A stretch of DNA of 64,000 bases, taken from contig DF236956.1 in NCBI GenBank assembly GCA_000708835.1, forward strand, positions 419,354 to 483,353. Direction: 5' to 3'. Positions 23,984-35,500 of this stretch are shown piece by piece; positions within the stretch are counted from its first letter, which is position 1; the number at the start of each line of letters is the position of its first letter. A program made the translations under genes and the position numbers. Under the pieces are notes generated by a model. The model searched no databases. It worked only from the letters and a program-made list of their open reading frames with translations, and was not told the origin of the DNA. This DNA comes from Klebsormidium nitens (lineage: Eukaryota > Plantae > Klebsormidiophyceae).

Positions 23984-25094
23984 CTGCGAGAAAGAGAGAT
24001 GAGCAGTGTAAGAATAAGCAGCGTAAACGTCAACAGGGAGAACGGTAAGGTCGTTAACGTAACCCGAATTGACAGAACAGAGGGACGAAGGTAGGAGACT
24101 AACCAGGGAAACGTAGTAAGATGAATTGAAAAATCCAAGTTTTATAGCGAGTGAAAAAACCTGAGAAAGAATATTAGTGGATCAGAGCAGGGCAAGAACT
24201 GGACTTGGTTAGCAATAACCAGGTCCACGTGACATCACGTCCACCAAACAAACTGGCAAAAGAGCCGAAAGGAACGAATCTCAAGTTAGAAAAGAGAAAG
24301 AGCACGTGAGTTTAGGGGACAGGAAAACCTGGATCGTGAACGTGAAGAAAAAGAAAGACAAAGAAAGAAAGCCGTTAACGTTAACAGGAACCGGGTCAGA
24401 TCGGATGTATCAACAACACTTTCCATGGGGTCGTGTAAAAACCCCGTGGATGCCACAGACATCCTGTCCCAGAACAGAACCCCATGGTCTCTGAAAATAA
24501 AAAGGTCCAAAAAGGTTTCGGTAACGTTAACGTGAAGCTTCTGAAGAGTGAGAAAGGTGCTTTAATGGTATGAACAGGAAGTCTGAGAAAGGAAGGACAG
24601 AAAGGAATAACAACAGGGAGAATTATATAAAGAAGCATGGTGAGAGAGACAGAAGCAAAGAAAATGAGGTTTTAGTCTGAGGGAAGGGAGTATTAGAAGA
24701 GAAATAGAGAATTATCAGGGACAGACCAAACATGGATGGGAGAATGGTGAATTATAAGTGATAAGATGCCATTTAGGGACATGAAAATATTGGCCAGCAC
24801 TTCGAAAGTGATCTGAGAAGGATCTGAGATTGAAAATGCAAGATAAGAATCTGCATGAGTATGAAACGCTCCAAGTGAATCGTTAACGAATTGTCAGGCA
24901 GCTCTTGTCCGAAGAATATTACAATAATGTTCTGGCAATCATACGGAGATCCTTCTATAAACTGCAACGATCTACGCTCTATGTATCACTTCTGATAACC
25001 AGGAATTCCCAAACTACCAGGAACACTAGTATGTTGTTGCAAAGGACTACTGACAGTTTGACTAATCCCTGAAGCTCTTCCTGAGTTGAAAACC

Positions 25095-26072
25095 CTAGTA
25101 GTATCTCTTCGGTGCATTCGCAGCCATGCTGGCATTGAGGGGACAATTAGTCTGGATGTGGCCGAACTGGTGGCAAGACCAACACTGGGTGTTGAGTCCA
25201 CGAGCACTGGTCTGCATGGTAGGGCTGGGAGCGCGAGGAATGGGAGCAAGGACAGGAGGGGGCAGAGGTGCTGGAGAAGGGGAACGGTTCGTAGAGAAGT
25301 ATTGGCTCTGGTAGATCGGAGAGGGGACAGGAGCAGGGACAGGACTAGGAAGAGGCTGAGCAGGTTGATGCATCACGAACTGAGGGGGGGGAACAAACCA
25401 GCCAGGAGAAGGGGAGGGGGAGCGAGAACGGAATGAAAAACCGCGGTTGCTAGGTTGCTGGGAAGAGTTTTGCTTCTGTTCCTTCGTTGGCTTGGAGGCT
25501 TCCTCGCAGGCTTTACGTTTCTCTGCCAGAGACTTCTTTGCACGATTGGCCAGTGAAAGTGTTTCAGGATCTTTGGTGGACTCCTCACGCAAGCGACTCA
25601 TCTCCATGGCCACATCGAAACCCTCAGACTCCCAATCCTCGAGAAACAGCATGCGTTCTGTGATAGCATGCTCACCTTCATCGCACTGATTCTTAAGTGC
25701 TGCGATTTGCTCTTCAGAGAGACTTGCCAGGGGAGAAGCTCCATCAAGATGTCCTTCGAAAGCTGCCTTTGCCTGAGACACTGCATGCTGTGCCTTCTCC
25801 AGAGTCTCCATCTGCTTCTTCACTTCGGGGTTCGTCACACGATCAGACTTCTTCGGCAGAGTCTTGGCTTGCAACTGAGCTTGAAGCATGGCAATCTGTT
25901 CCCTCTGCTGAGCCATATTCTGCTGTTGTTCCTTCGAGTGCTGCTGCATCTGATTGGACAGCTGTTCCATGAGGGCTTGACTGCGAAGAGAAGCCTGACG
26001 TGCTTCTTTCACTGCTTCAGCAGGGGAGTAAACCTCCTCCTCTTGCTCGTTGGTATCAGCACCACCTGCCAT
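25095..26072 (-). CDS. gag-like ORF (coiled coil, Pro-rich region, CCHC zinc knuckle)
   Basis: 325-aa ORF; Q/E/K-rich N-terminal coiled coil; CWSCHQFGHIQTNC near the C-terminus; first ORF after repeat A1. Confidence 0.9.
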   Translation of the reverse strand: MAGGADTNEQEEEVYSPAEAVKEARQASLRSQALMEQLSNQMQQHSKEQQQNMAQQREQIAMLQAQLQAKTLPKKSDRVTNPEVKKQMETLEKAQHAVSQAKAAFEGHLDGASPLASLSEEQIAALKNQCDEGEHAITERMLFLEDWESEGFDVAMEMSRLREESTKDPETLSLANRAKKSLAEKRKACEEASKPTKEQKQNSSQQPSNRGFSFRSRSPSPSPGWFVPPPQFVMHQPAQPLPSPVPAPVPSPIYQSQYFSTNRSPSPAPLPPPVLAPIPRAPSPTMQTSARGLNTQCWSCHQFGHIQTNCPLNASMAANAPKRYY

Positions 26073-26262
26073 GCTCGAAGAGACGAAGAAGCTGCAGAGT
26101 TGAAACGAAGCTCAAATGAAAGCAATGTTGGTGAGGGAAAGCTGCATGCTCGCGAGAAAAGGAAGCAGATCGGCTAAAGAAGCAGGTTGAAAGTAGAAGA
26201 CAAACTAAGAGTCGAAATGCTCGTACAGGGACGAAGAATGCTCGAAAGAAAAGAAGAAGATA

Positions 26263-26439
26263 TCTTGGTGGGGAAGCAAGGAGGCGCCGTCCTCCTTGCG
26301 CTGTGTGAACGTGCTGAGCGACAGATTGAAGAAATTTGTCGCGAAGACGCGGCTTTAAAGCCGCGTATCGGGTTAGAGGTTCTCGTTAAGCGGAGAACCT
26401 CCGTTTTCGACTAACTACGAACGTCGAAAACTTTCAATT
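26263..26439 (-). repeat. Split direct repeat A1 (element 5' terminus)
   Basis: Identical to 20419-20595. Confidence 0.95.
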
Positions 26440-27677
26440 GTCTGGATGATGAGCGCACATCCAGGGCGGGCGCTACAGTAGGGGGTGAACTGATATTGGC
26501 TGAAGAGGGCAACTCAAAGAACTCCGACACCGGAAATCTCGTTCTAGCCAGGCAGGTGACAAGGTGAGGAACCCGTGAGGAAGACCTTTGGAAGCTTTCT
26601 CACAATCAATAATATTTTCCTCGTGCATGACAGGATGCACATCTCAGGCCAATATCCAATTCTTGTTAACATCTGCTCCGTTCCAGACGGTGATGTCCGT
26701 AGAAGAAGATATCTCTTTTCATCTTTTTGTGGTTGTCAAAAGACTTGAGGAGTTCCTGAGAGATCGCCTTCATCTGGCAAAGTTAGAGCTTAGTACAGCT
26801 TGTACTATTAACGAAATCCTTTCGAGATTGCTTCATTTCGCTGAAGTAGGTGCTTCACTGTGTATCATGCTCTGCCGTGGTTGTGAATGGAGATCTCAAG
26901 AACCTTCTCATTCAAGAATGTGTGCACAGTTGGCACAGAATATAAGCATGCAAGCTCTTTAGAAAGGTGACCTCCAAGCAACAGCAGGGACTGATGCTTT
27001 GATCAGAGGTCAATCAGTAAATCTGCCTTAAATTCTTAAATCTGCAACGTTATCAAACTTTTCCTTCCTTTCATACTCCTTGCTCCGCTGATCTTCAAGC
27101 TGAATGATATGCATGTATTCTTCTGTTCTTGAATGGTTAGGTACTCAATCTCGTCACTGTGTTGTGTGTCAGGTCTTTGGCACAACTGAAGTCTCTTCTC
27201 CAACCAGTGCCAGATCAACATCTTTAAACGAGAAAGCATGATGGATGTTCACAGATCCTCATCTTGTACCACGTACAATTGGGAAACTTCTCTGTCATAT
27301 CACAGCCGTGCATCCCCCTTGAAGTAGCTAATCCAAGTTTTTGAATCCACAGGTACCAATTTTACCAGAAGAAAAGGGTCGCACGCTGAAGGCTAGCATT
27401 GAAACAGCCAAAGACATCTTAACAGCCTCAGGATTGCTTCAATCCTTAGAGACCTACAAAGCTGAAAATCGAGAGCGGTCCTAGCTAAAGTCCCCACAAG
27501 CGAGAGCAGTGCTGCAACAAAGGGGTACAGGCAGCTTGGGCGCTGGTTTGAAGCCCTTGCAGGCCTAGGAGGAAGCTGCCGCGAAGAGACACTCTTTCCA
27601 ATCAGCTTCTTCTGAGCGAAGGTTCGGTTTCGTGGAGCTTCTAGCTTAGTCACTTTGCAGCTCTCTTAGGAGTCATC

Positions 27678-30600
27678 ATGCCTTCTGTACCCAACGAGAG
27701 TTTAGCAGGAGGGCCCCAGAGAACCACAGAATGGGAGTCCCTCCTCCCAGAGTCTCAGCGAGGTTCTGCTCCCATCCTCCTGACTTTCGACGAGTTCGTG
27801 ACCATCTTTCAGAAAGCGCTGGACACTGTCGGCGCCAGAGAGGTTCAGTTCTCCCCTTCACGGACGTCCGTCACGTTTCGGACAGATACACCCGAGGACC
27901 GATACGCAGTGCATATGGACGCGAACATCGCCAGCTTATACGGCAAAAGGAAGTTTCTGAACGCCGAGAACTGCCTCGCAGCATGCATACGCTGCCTTCA
28001 GAGCAGCATGCGTTACTCACAGCCGGCTGAGCCTAGAGAGTCGCCCCCGGAAAACCTCTTCCTGACCGTCAAGACGCATGAATTCATCCTCCTGCGGAAC
28101 GAGGAGTTTCAGCGCCCGTCCCGCCCGCGCGCGGGACTCGACCGCGTCATGTTCCGCCCGTTCAGCCGGAATTCCGGCGAGCTGTACACCGGGCTGGTGG
28201 TCGGCCTGGAGAACGAAGGCTCCTACTCGGACATCTGGGTCCCTTCCCGGCAGCTTGACACGTGGAACGTGACGGAGGACGAAGCGTTCGACTTGGCGCT
28301 CAAGAACATCGACGTCATCACGCCCGAGAAGCTCAACTACTTTCGCATCGGTTCCTTGGAGGATCTGAAAACATCCGAGGAAGCGAGACGGAAGGATTTC
28401 ATCTTCATTGAGCATATGCATTTCCACTCCCAGTTCAGCAACGGCACGCTCTCGGTGGTGTGCCGTGACAGCAGGGCACTCCCCCGCTTGCTTTTGCCCC
28501 GGGTGGTCGAACAGCTTGCCAACATTCTGAATTGCAATCCGGTGTCTCTGGTGATCGTTCCGTTTGAAGATGAGAACTTCGTGGTGGGAAACGCGGAAGA
28601 CCGGATCTCGATGCTGCTGTTGGCGGTCCACCAGACGCTGCCGTTCTGCCAAGGGGACAACCCGCACGTGCAGCACAAGGTGTCGTGGAACCCGTTCAGA
28701 GTAAGCCATCCTGTTCGTTTATGCTCAGAAGACTTCTCGCGCTGTCCGTACGAATAACGTAAGCTTCGGATGACCGTTTTTGACGGAGCATCCACAGACG
28801 AGTTTGCACTTAAACAAGCCGTCGACTCTCCTGTCAAGAGTTTGCACTTTTTGACGTCTCTGTTTTCTACTTTCTTATGCATTGCCGTTCAGCGCGCTTC
28901 CATGATCATTCGAACAATTTCAACGGGTTCTGTCACGTTATTCTTGGAACTGACTCTAATCTGCTCCGCAATCGAGCCTAAGTCTAAAGCTAAGCTTAGC
29001 AAGTTTTCAAGCTGACTGCTTTCCATGCTGGGCTCAAAATGCATCGAACTAACGAAGCAAGCGACTCCCCGGAAGTATCAACACGGTTTGGCTCGCCGGT
29101 TGCGCGTTAAGGCGCGAAGCTGCAACTTCTCGCAGGTTGGCTTTTCTTGCAACTGAATTTCAATAGACTGCCTCGCACTCGGCAAATTTCCTCGCTTCGC
29201 GGCCTTCTTTTCGTACAGCCTGGCTAACCCTCTGTTCGTACTTTCAGCTTAGCAAGCTGCGCAACGAGGAAACTTTCCGGAGCCATACCTGGTAAACGGG
29301 AAAACGGCGGCCGCAACGCTCCTTTTCACGCAGCAAGTCGGTTTCGTTAGACGGCGTCGCAACTCACAGGGCCCCTAAAAATTCCGGCAAACCCTTGCTT
29401 TGAGTTCTCAGGTTACCAAGCTGCGTAACGAGAAGGGCCTGGTAGAGCTGGAACCGTACCTGGTAAACGGCGGCCGCAAAGAGGCTTTCCCTTGCAAGTC
29501 GGTTTCGTGAGACTTCCTCGCAACTCTCAGAATCTGAAGACAATCCAACTAACCCTTGGTTAGCGTTTTCAGTTTACCAAGCTGCGCAACGAGAAGGGCC
29601 TGGTGGAGCTGGAGCCGTACCTGGTGAATGGCGGCCGCTTCGCGGTGAAGCTGTGGGTCGGCGACAAGCAGACGGTCTTCTACCCCATGCCCCGCACCAA
29701 GGACGACATCGCCGCGGTGGAAGACCTCGTGTGGCGACCTTACAAAGCCAAATTCACCGTGCTGAGCGAGAGTACCTTCCTGAACGGACACTGCTGGCAG
29801 GTGCGCCTCGTTACAGTGTCCAGCTTGTTGATGAGCTTATTGTGCGCCTAAGCTTGCTGAATAGAGGTTTGCCGGCGAGGAGTCGGACAAATTGTCTTGC
29901 CACCGGTCCAGATGCTGCCCAGGCTGTCGCCCTAAAGCGAGGAGTACTGAGAAGTTGAGCGAGCAGTTTACCTCTCTGGCCTATAAAAATTCGGCAACCG
30001 ATCGGTGCAATCGCGGTCAATCGAACGACAGGGTCTTCTAAACGGTGACCAATCCGCGGATCGCTTAGCTCAGGCACCTCTCTGATAATCTTAAAAGCTT
30101 TTGCGCTGTCAACCGGTTGCAAGCCGGTAGAGATACAATTACGATCGAGATGATCGATATTGTGCAGAGCGGACCGTTCGTCTCGAGCGGGGGGTTCAGA
30201 CCACCAATTTCGTGGTAGGAGGCTCTCAGAAACCGACGATGAAAACGCAGATAATATCAGAATAAGACCTAAGAATTCCAACTTTTTCCTTTGAATCCGC
30301 CACCACCGTCCGCCATTCTTAGTCGACAAAAGTCGAAGCATGTTACCCTTGCTGTCTGCAGTGTCGCAAGCGCTTCGACAAGCTCGAGACGTGCGCAAAC
30401 TGCAGAAAGGCCAAGTATTGTTCGCGGAGTGAGTGTTCGAAGTCGTGACCCGAAGTTGCGCTTCTGTCGTTCACTCTCTGCTACAAGATTGCCGGAATGT
30501 ATGCTTCTGTAGTTTCGGCCCGAAAGGTTCAGCCGCGAGCGATGGAACATGAATCAACAAGTCGTAACGAGATTGATTTGAGATTGATAATAGTCCCTAG

Positions 30601-30999
30601 TAGCTTTGCATATGAGCACAGGAGGTGTGAATGATTATTGAAAGTCTACTGCTTCCGTTGAAGAAATTCAACTTTATTGTAACCGCTTTGCCTTCTGGGC
30701 TTTGCAGCGACACGTCAACTTTTGCATTGCCCTTCTGCCCGTTCGACCTGCCACCATCCTTACAGCGTTTTGCTTGTGGAAAAGGAATCATCGTCATCTC
30801 AATCCGCTTCAGCTGGTCGTCACTTGTTTCACAACTTCTTCGGATTCCAGGCGTTTATTCGTCTCACTTGCTCGATCTACTTGTAGATTGCCAGAAGAGG
30901 GCGTGGGGCGCGGGGCACAATGTCAACTGTGAAGAGCGGCGGCGCTTCTGGAAAGCAGCCAAGATGTGTCGGCCACCTAAGACCTCGAAGAAACCATGA
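27678..30999 (+). CDS. Protein with DUF1444-like N-terminal domain and C-terminal MYND zinc finger
   Basis: Exons 27678-28700, 29573-29800, 30362-30428, 30887-30999 (phase-consistent). Spliced MYND: CWQC-RKRFDKLET-CANC-RKAKYCSRNCQKRAWGAGHNVNC. Segment LYTGLVVGL...WVPSRQLDTWNVTEDEAFDLALKNI recalls bacterial DUF1444-type proteins (recall, not searched). Confidence 0.8.
29220..29640 (+). repeat. Triplicated branch point/acceptor plus exon start (about 162 bp period)
   Basis: cag|.tta.caagctgcg.aacgag...cc.tacctggt.aa.ggcggccgc at AG 29247, 29411 and 29572 (functional). The intron-derived part gcaagtcggtttcgt.agac..c.tcgcaactc.cag is also repeated. Confidence 0.9.
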
Positions 31000-31688
31000 T
31001 CTTATCCGTGAAACGGTCCGCGACCTTGACCTCGTGTCCTAATCAACCAAGTCGATCATCAAACCTTCAAGTGCCCGTTAGTACCTATTGGAAAGGCCCT
31101 TTCAAAATCGGGATCTATCTATCATGTCACACTTTGCGTGTTCCTTTTCCATCCCAACCGATGCTACTAGAGTCCTCTCGAAGAACGGGGATGCTGACTT
31201 ACCTGTTCAGACGACTTTTGACCCGCTATGATGTCGATGACATGAAGTCTCAGAAACGTCCTAAGTCCACGAACTTTCATGGATGACCTTATTGATGCAT
31301 CATTTGCGTCTTCTGCGCGCATTCGATACATGGAAAGAGCACAAACTCGTGTTGACTGCAATATGCTGAATCTACAAACTCTGTTTGCCTTCTAATCCTA
31401 CTATCCTGTTCGTCCAACTCTAACATATTGCGCCGGTCGCGCCTACAGCCAAACCCTCCTAGTAGTAAGCGAAGGAAGCTAGTACGCCGTACGCTACAAA
31501 GAGGAAAGCCAACATTATCGAAGTGCACTGAGAAGTTTTGAGAATCTTCATCGGTGTACGAGCCGCTGAGGCTTTGTAACTGGAGACCAAGCAGCAGCCG
31601 CAAGCTGCGTCGTGTTGCTTCATCGCTGTCACGTGACGGTCCCCTGACGGTCCTGTCCCTCTGCGCGACAAAGCCCTTTGGAGGCCTG

Positions 31689-31997
31689 GGAGGGCGGGTA
31701 TTGAGAATAGGATCCAGAACTCGATCTCAGGTTCCTGATCTCAGGACATTCCGGATCTCAGGAAGCTAGCGTAGGGGGTTGAACTCTGCCGGTAATGCAT
31801 CCCCTAGCTTGCCAGTAAACGCGTTTGCCAAATGTCCGGGGTGCCCGGTAGAAGCTACTCATTCGATCGCGACCGTCCGATATAGCGTTCAGGGCTCCAG
31901 ATTGCGCAGATTACGCCCGGCGGAAATGGTACACGTGGCCTTGCAATCCTAGGCTGAGATCAGGAATTCTGGATCCTATTCTCCATACCCGCCCTCC
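31689..31997. mobile_element. 309-bp MITE, PIF/Harbinger-like
   Basis: 31-bp TIRs GGAGGGCGGGTAT(T/G)GAGAATAGGATCCAGAA with 1 mismatch; 3-bp TSD CTG (31686-31688, 31998-32000); no ORF. Confidence 0.75.
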
Positions 31998-32556
31998 CTG
32001 GGGGTGTATATGCCGTCCGATGAGCACCAATGGCTGAATGCGTCCAATTCGACGGTTTAGATGCCTTCTCGAGTTTGCAGATCCAGTATTCTTACCCTGC
32101 CAGGTGTCAACTTGAACAACAAGGTCCACTCGATGGACGGCTCGTTTGCATGACAGCTGTTGCTCAGGAAGTTGAAGTTTGCGGAATGCAAGCCAAATAC
32201 TGGCAACTCTTGCTTTCACTAAGGGGTGCTTTCACTAAGATACAGGAGCCCCGGGCATCTCAACTAAAAACCCTAACCTAGTTAATTACCGCTCCGCACC
32301 CGTGCCCACCCTAACCCCCAAACCAACCCCACCCGTCCACCGGGTGCCTGTCTTAGTGAAAGCACCCCTTAGTGAAAGCAAGAGTTGCCAGAGTATGCAA
32401 GCTTGCTCTCTCAGTCTATGCATAGCGCTGCAGTTTGCACAGGACCCTTTCTTTTCAAATTGCAGGGCGTGTCCTCTCCTCTGTACTCTCCTGTTGGCAG
32501 GGAATTGCGGGCATTACGGAACCAGACATATCGCCTGACGGAAGAAACAGTCATCG

Positions 32557-35500
32557 ATGGCGTCCACAGCAGCCTTGCGCTTATCGTGTTCCTGTCCTTC
32601 TTTGGCCTCGTCATCTACTATAACTACAGATCCACTTGCATTGTCCGAGCCTGCAAATTTCTTTGGGCATCGATCCAGCTTTTATCAACGCAGGAATCTC
32701 CAAATTCATAGGTCCACACCAAATGCGAGGCCGCACCAACCTTCTCTTACAAAGCAGGGATCAGGGCTGTCAATGTAAGTGCAATTGTCAGCAAGCACAA
32801 CCTCTGCGTACACCAGAATAATAATCTCAGGGTACAATCTCTCAAGTGACCCCAAGTTCAACGTTCAATCGCTTACATTAGCAAAGTGTTTCTGTCGGAC
32901 TGCAAACAGCGTTTTGCTTGGTAATTCTTGTGCCGGATTGGAATATATTTGACAAGCATGGTACACAGGAATCTAAGATTGACATGCAGATGATACTGAC
33001 ACTGAACCTAATTCTCTTAGAGCTCAAGGTCTCTGCAAGAGAGTGCTCTCTGACTTACTGCGTCAGCCGTCAGACATCTTAAGCAGGATTGGGTCTTGCT
33101 ACATCCCTTACTTTCGGACTGCTCGTGCTACCACCAGCACCGCGTCCCGCTGCAATATGCCAAGTACGCGGTTGATTGCTGAACAATCAAAGTCTGTGGT
33201 CATCAACACCGTCCGAAACAAAAAAGATCTTTTCACAGTATATCTGTCCCAGTTCAGGCTGCCACCTTTTGGCTGCTAAGACTTCTGAGCATCATCATGG
33301 ACTATGTACACCATAAACAGTCTTCTTTGAAGGCTTGTTGGTTTGGGACCCCGAAGTTCCGCTGTTTAGATATTACTTCTTCCTGGTACAGTGTATCCCT
33401 TAACGCCTTCCAATGGACTCTGGCACTCTCTTACTCACAGTATCCGCTTCCCTTCTAGGCGGAAGCATCCCCGCGGTGGTGCCCTGGCTGCAACTGCGGA
33501 GACTTCCACGGCGTTTGGCACCAAGACGTCGCTGAAGATCCTTCTAGCAAACCAAGTAAACTTTGGAGAACGTCATGCCGTCTTTGGGGCGGGGGATGCT
33601 CTCAAGAATTGGCAGGAGGCGGTTGAGATGCACTGGACAGATGGCGGCTGGGTGTTGGACGTTGGCGCCCTCCAGCCAGGGCAAAAGGTGAAGCCCTTTT
33701 TTATGCATCTTGGTGCACAGGAGGCAGCTGTGGTGCCTGGATTCTTGAATGTAATCAGGTTGGGGGATTGACCTGTGAGACTCCTATAAGGGGCATCACT
33801 TTGGCTTGTTTGCCGGGGGCCGCAATGGTCTGTTCAGGGTGCTCTCAAGTAAGTTTCCTCGAGTCACTTTGAGTTTAGATCGTTCTGACATCCTTCTTAC
33901 CAGTCAATTCTGAAATCACAATCTTTGATCAAGCTTCAACAGAACAAGCGCCCGGTGGCATTATCCGTTTTCACAACATGACAGGGCCAGACAGATCAAT
34001 GACTATGGGACTATGGAAGGAACACAAGGCCAGCCCAACCTCAGCAAGGGATTGCTATTCTATCTTTGAAGCTCTCTTTCTGGTGTGCTTCTTCTCAAAG
34101 CACGCTAATAAGGTTGCTTGGATCGAGCTTGTCAATTGTGAAAACTTACAGTCATTTGACACCATCCCTAGCTGTCCAAAATGCTGGCCTGCCCTCCAGC
34201 GTTCACTCGACATTGAGTCAGATTGAAGCAACAGCCTATGTACCAGTTCTGGATTTGTTCATCTGGCTGAAACCTCGAACCAACTCCTAACCATTTCGAA
34301 TGGATTGACGATCCTCCTCTGCTGTTCAGCTTGAAGAAGCCTGCTCATCTCCCTTTGCTCTTCAGGTGGAGTTCAAGGCTGTGATCGTGCACGGAGACGG
34401 CGGGGTGCAGTGGGAAAACGGCCCTAATCGGATCATCCAACTGCCAGATGGGGGAGGCGCTTATTCCGTCACTCTGCACTGGGAGAAGACTGGGGAAGAG
34501 TTGCAGTTGCAAGGAGTGGATGGACAGATTGCCAACGGGGAGGCTGCGCAGGGGGCCCCAACAGAGGCACCAAAGGATGCGGGGAACGGCAGGGCCAGAA
34601 GTGAGAACGGGGCCAGTGAGGTCAGCGAGTTTGGGAGCAAGTGGCAGGGCAAGGACATTGCGTTCATGAGGAGCAATGAGCACTCAAGGTGAGCAAGCTC
34701 AGGTTCCGATGCCGTTCGATTAGACATATGTTCTTTTTCTGCTTTTTCAAGAGACTGCAGTTGTGAGTGAGTTCTGGATCCACGTTGTCAAGTGAGTGCG
34801 GCAGGCACTCGCTTTGAGTGGCTCGGACCTAAACGGATCGCTGATCCCTCAAAGCAGAGTGGCCCTGACGTTGGGGTATGCGAGACCGAATGCAGTTTCC
34901 CTTTTGCCTCAAGGAAAGAAGCGAAAAATGGGAGATGATTGATTTGAGCGGCCATCGTGTTGCAACGGATGAATCTTCAAATTTTTGCTTTGCAAAGACA
35001 CACCTTTGAATACACACCCTATCTGCAATATTAGCCTTTCTTCTGCCTCAGGGAGAAAAGCGGCAAGGCGTAAACAAGCAAGTTGAGCGGGCCCTCTTAT
35101 CTTGACGGGCGCACCAATTGGGAAGACTTGGAAAAAGACAATCCCGTTCTTTGTCTTGCCGCAAGGAGAGAAGCGGGAAAGGGTACGTGATTAACTTGAG
35201 CGGCTCCGCTTCATAGCATGCTTTCAAAGCTTTGCGTCCTATGCGTGCTGGTTCTCAAGTTAACCGCCGTGCTTGTTATTCTGTCCCAGGGAAAGAAGCG
35301 GGAAATGGGACACGAGCAATCTGAGCGGCCCCGCGGCGCGCCTGGTGGACGGCGACAAGCACGGCGGCAGCTGGTGGCAGAAGCTGGAGGTGGTGAAGGG
35401 CCTCGTGGTGCCGCCGGAGGTCGGGCAGAAGCCGGACTTCGACGCGCTGGTGAACGCCAACATCTACCTGCAATGGTAAGTATCTCGTAAATTTGACTTT

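Larger units (their letters stand above)
19752..26439 (-). mobile_element. Tyrosine-recombinase retrotransposon (DIRS order, PAT/TOC-like) with split direct repeats A1-gag-pol-YR-B1-A2-spacer-B2
   Basis: gag with CCHC knuckle, RT/RNase H/methyltransferase ORF, YR ORF. A (177 bp) and B (111 bp) repeat pairs appear 100% identical by eye. The internal B1/A2 junction (caa-TT-ctcag) recreates the joined termini. Both ends share only a TT core with the flanks; no classical TSD. Confidence 0.95.

Noticed and set aside
26590-27650. CpG-poor block with short ORFs, possibly a decayed transposon
   Set aside because: No recognisable motif or termini.
32385-32711. 108-aa ORF with a hydrophobic stretch (small membrane protein or uORF)
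   Set aside because: Alternative frame over the PWD transit-peptide exon starting at 32557; no independent support.
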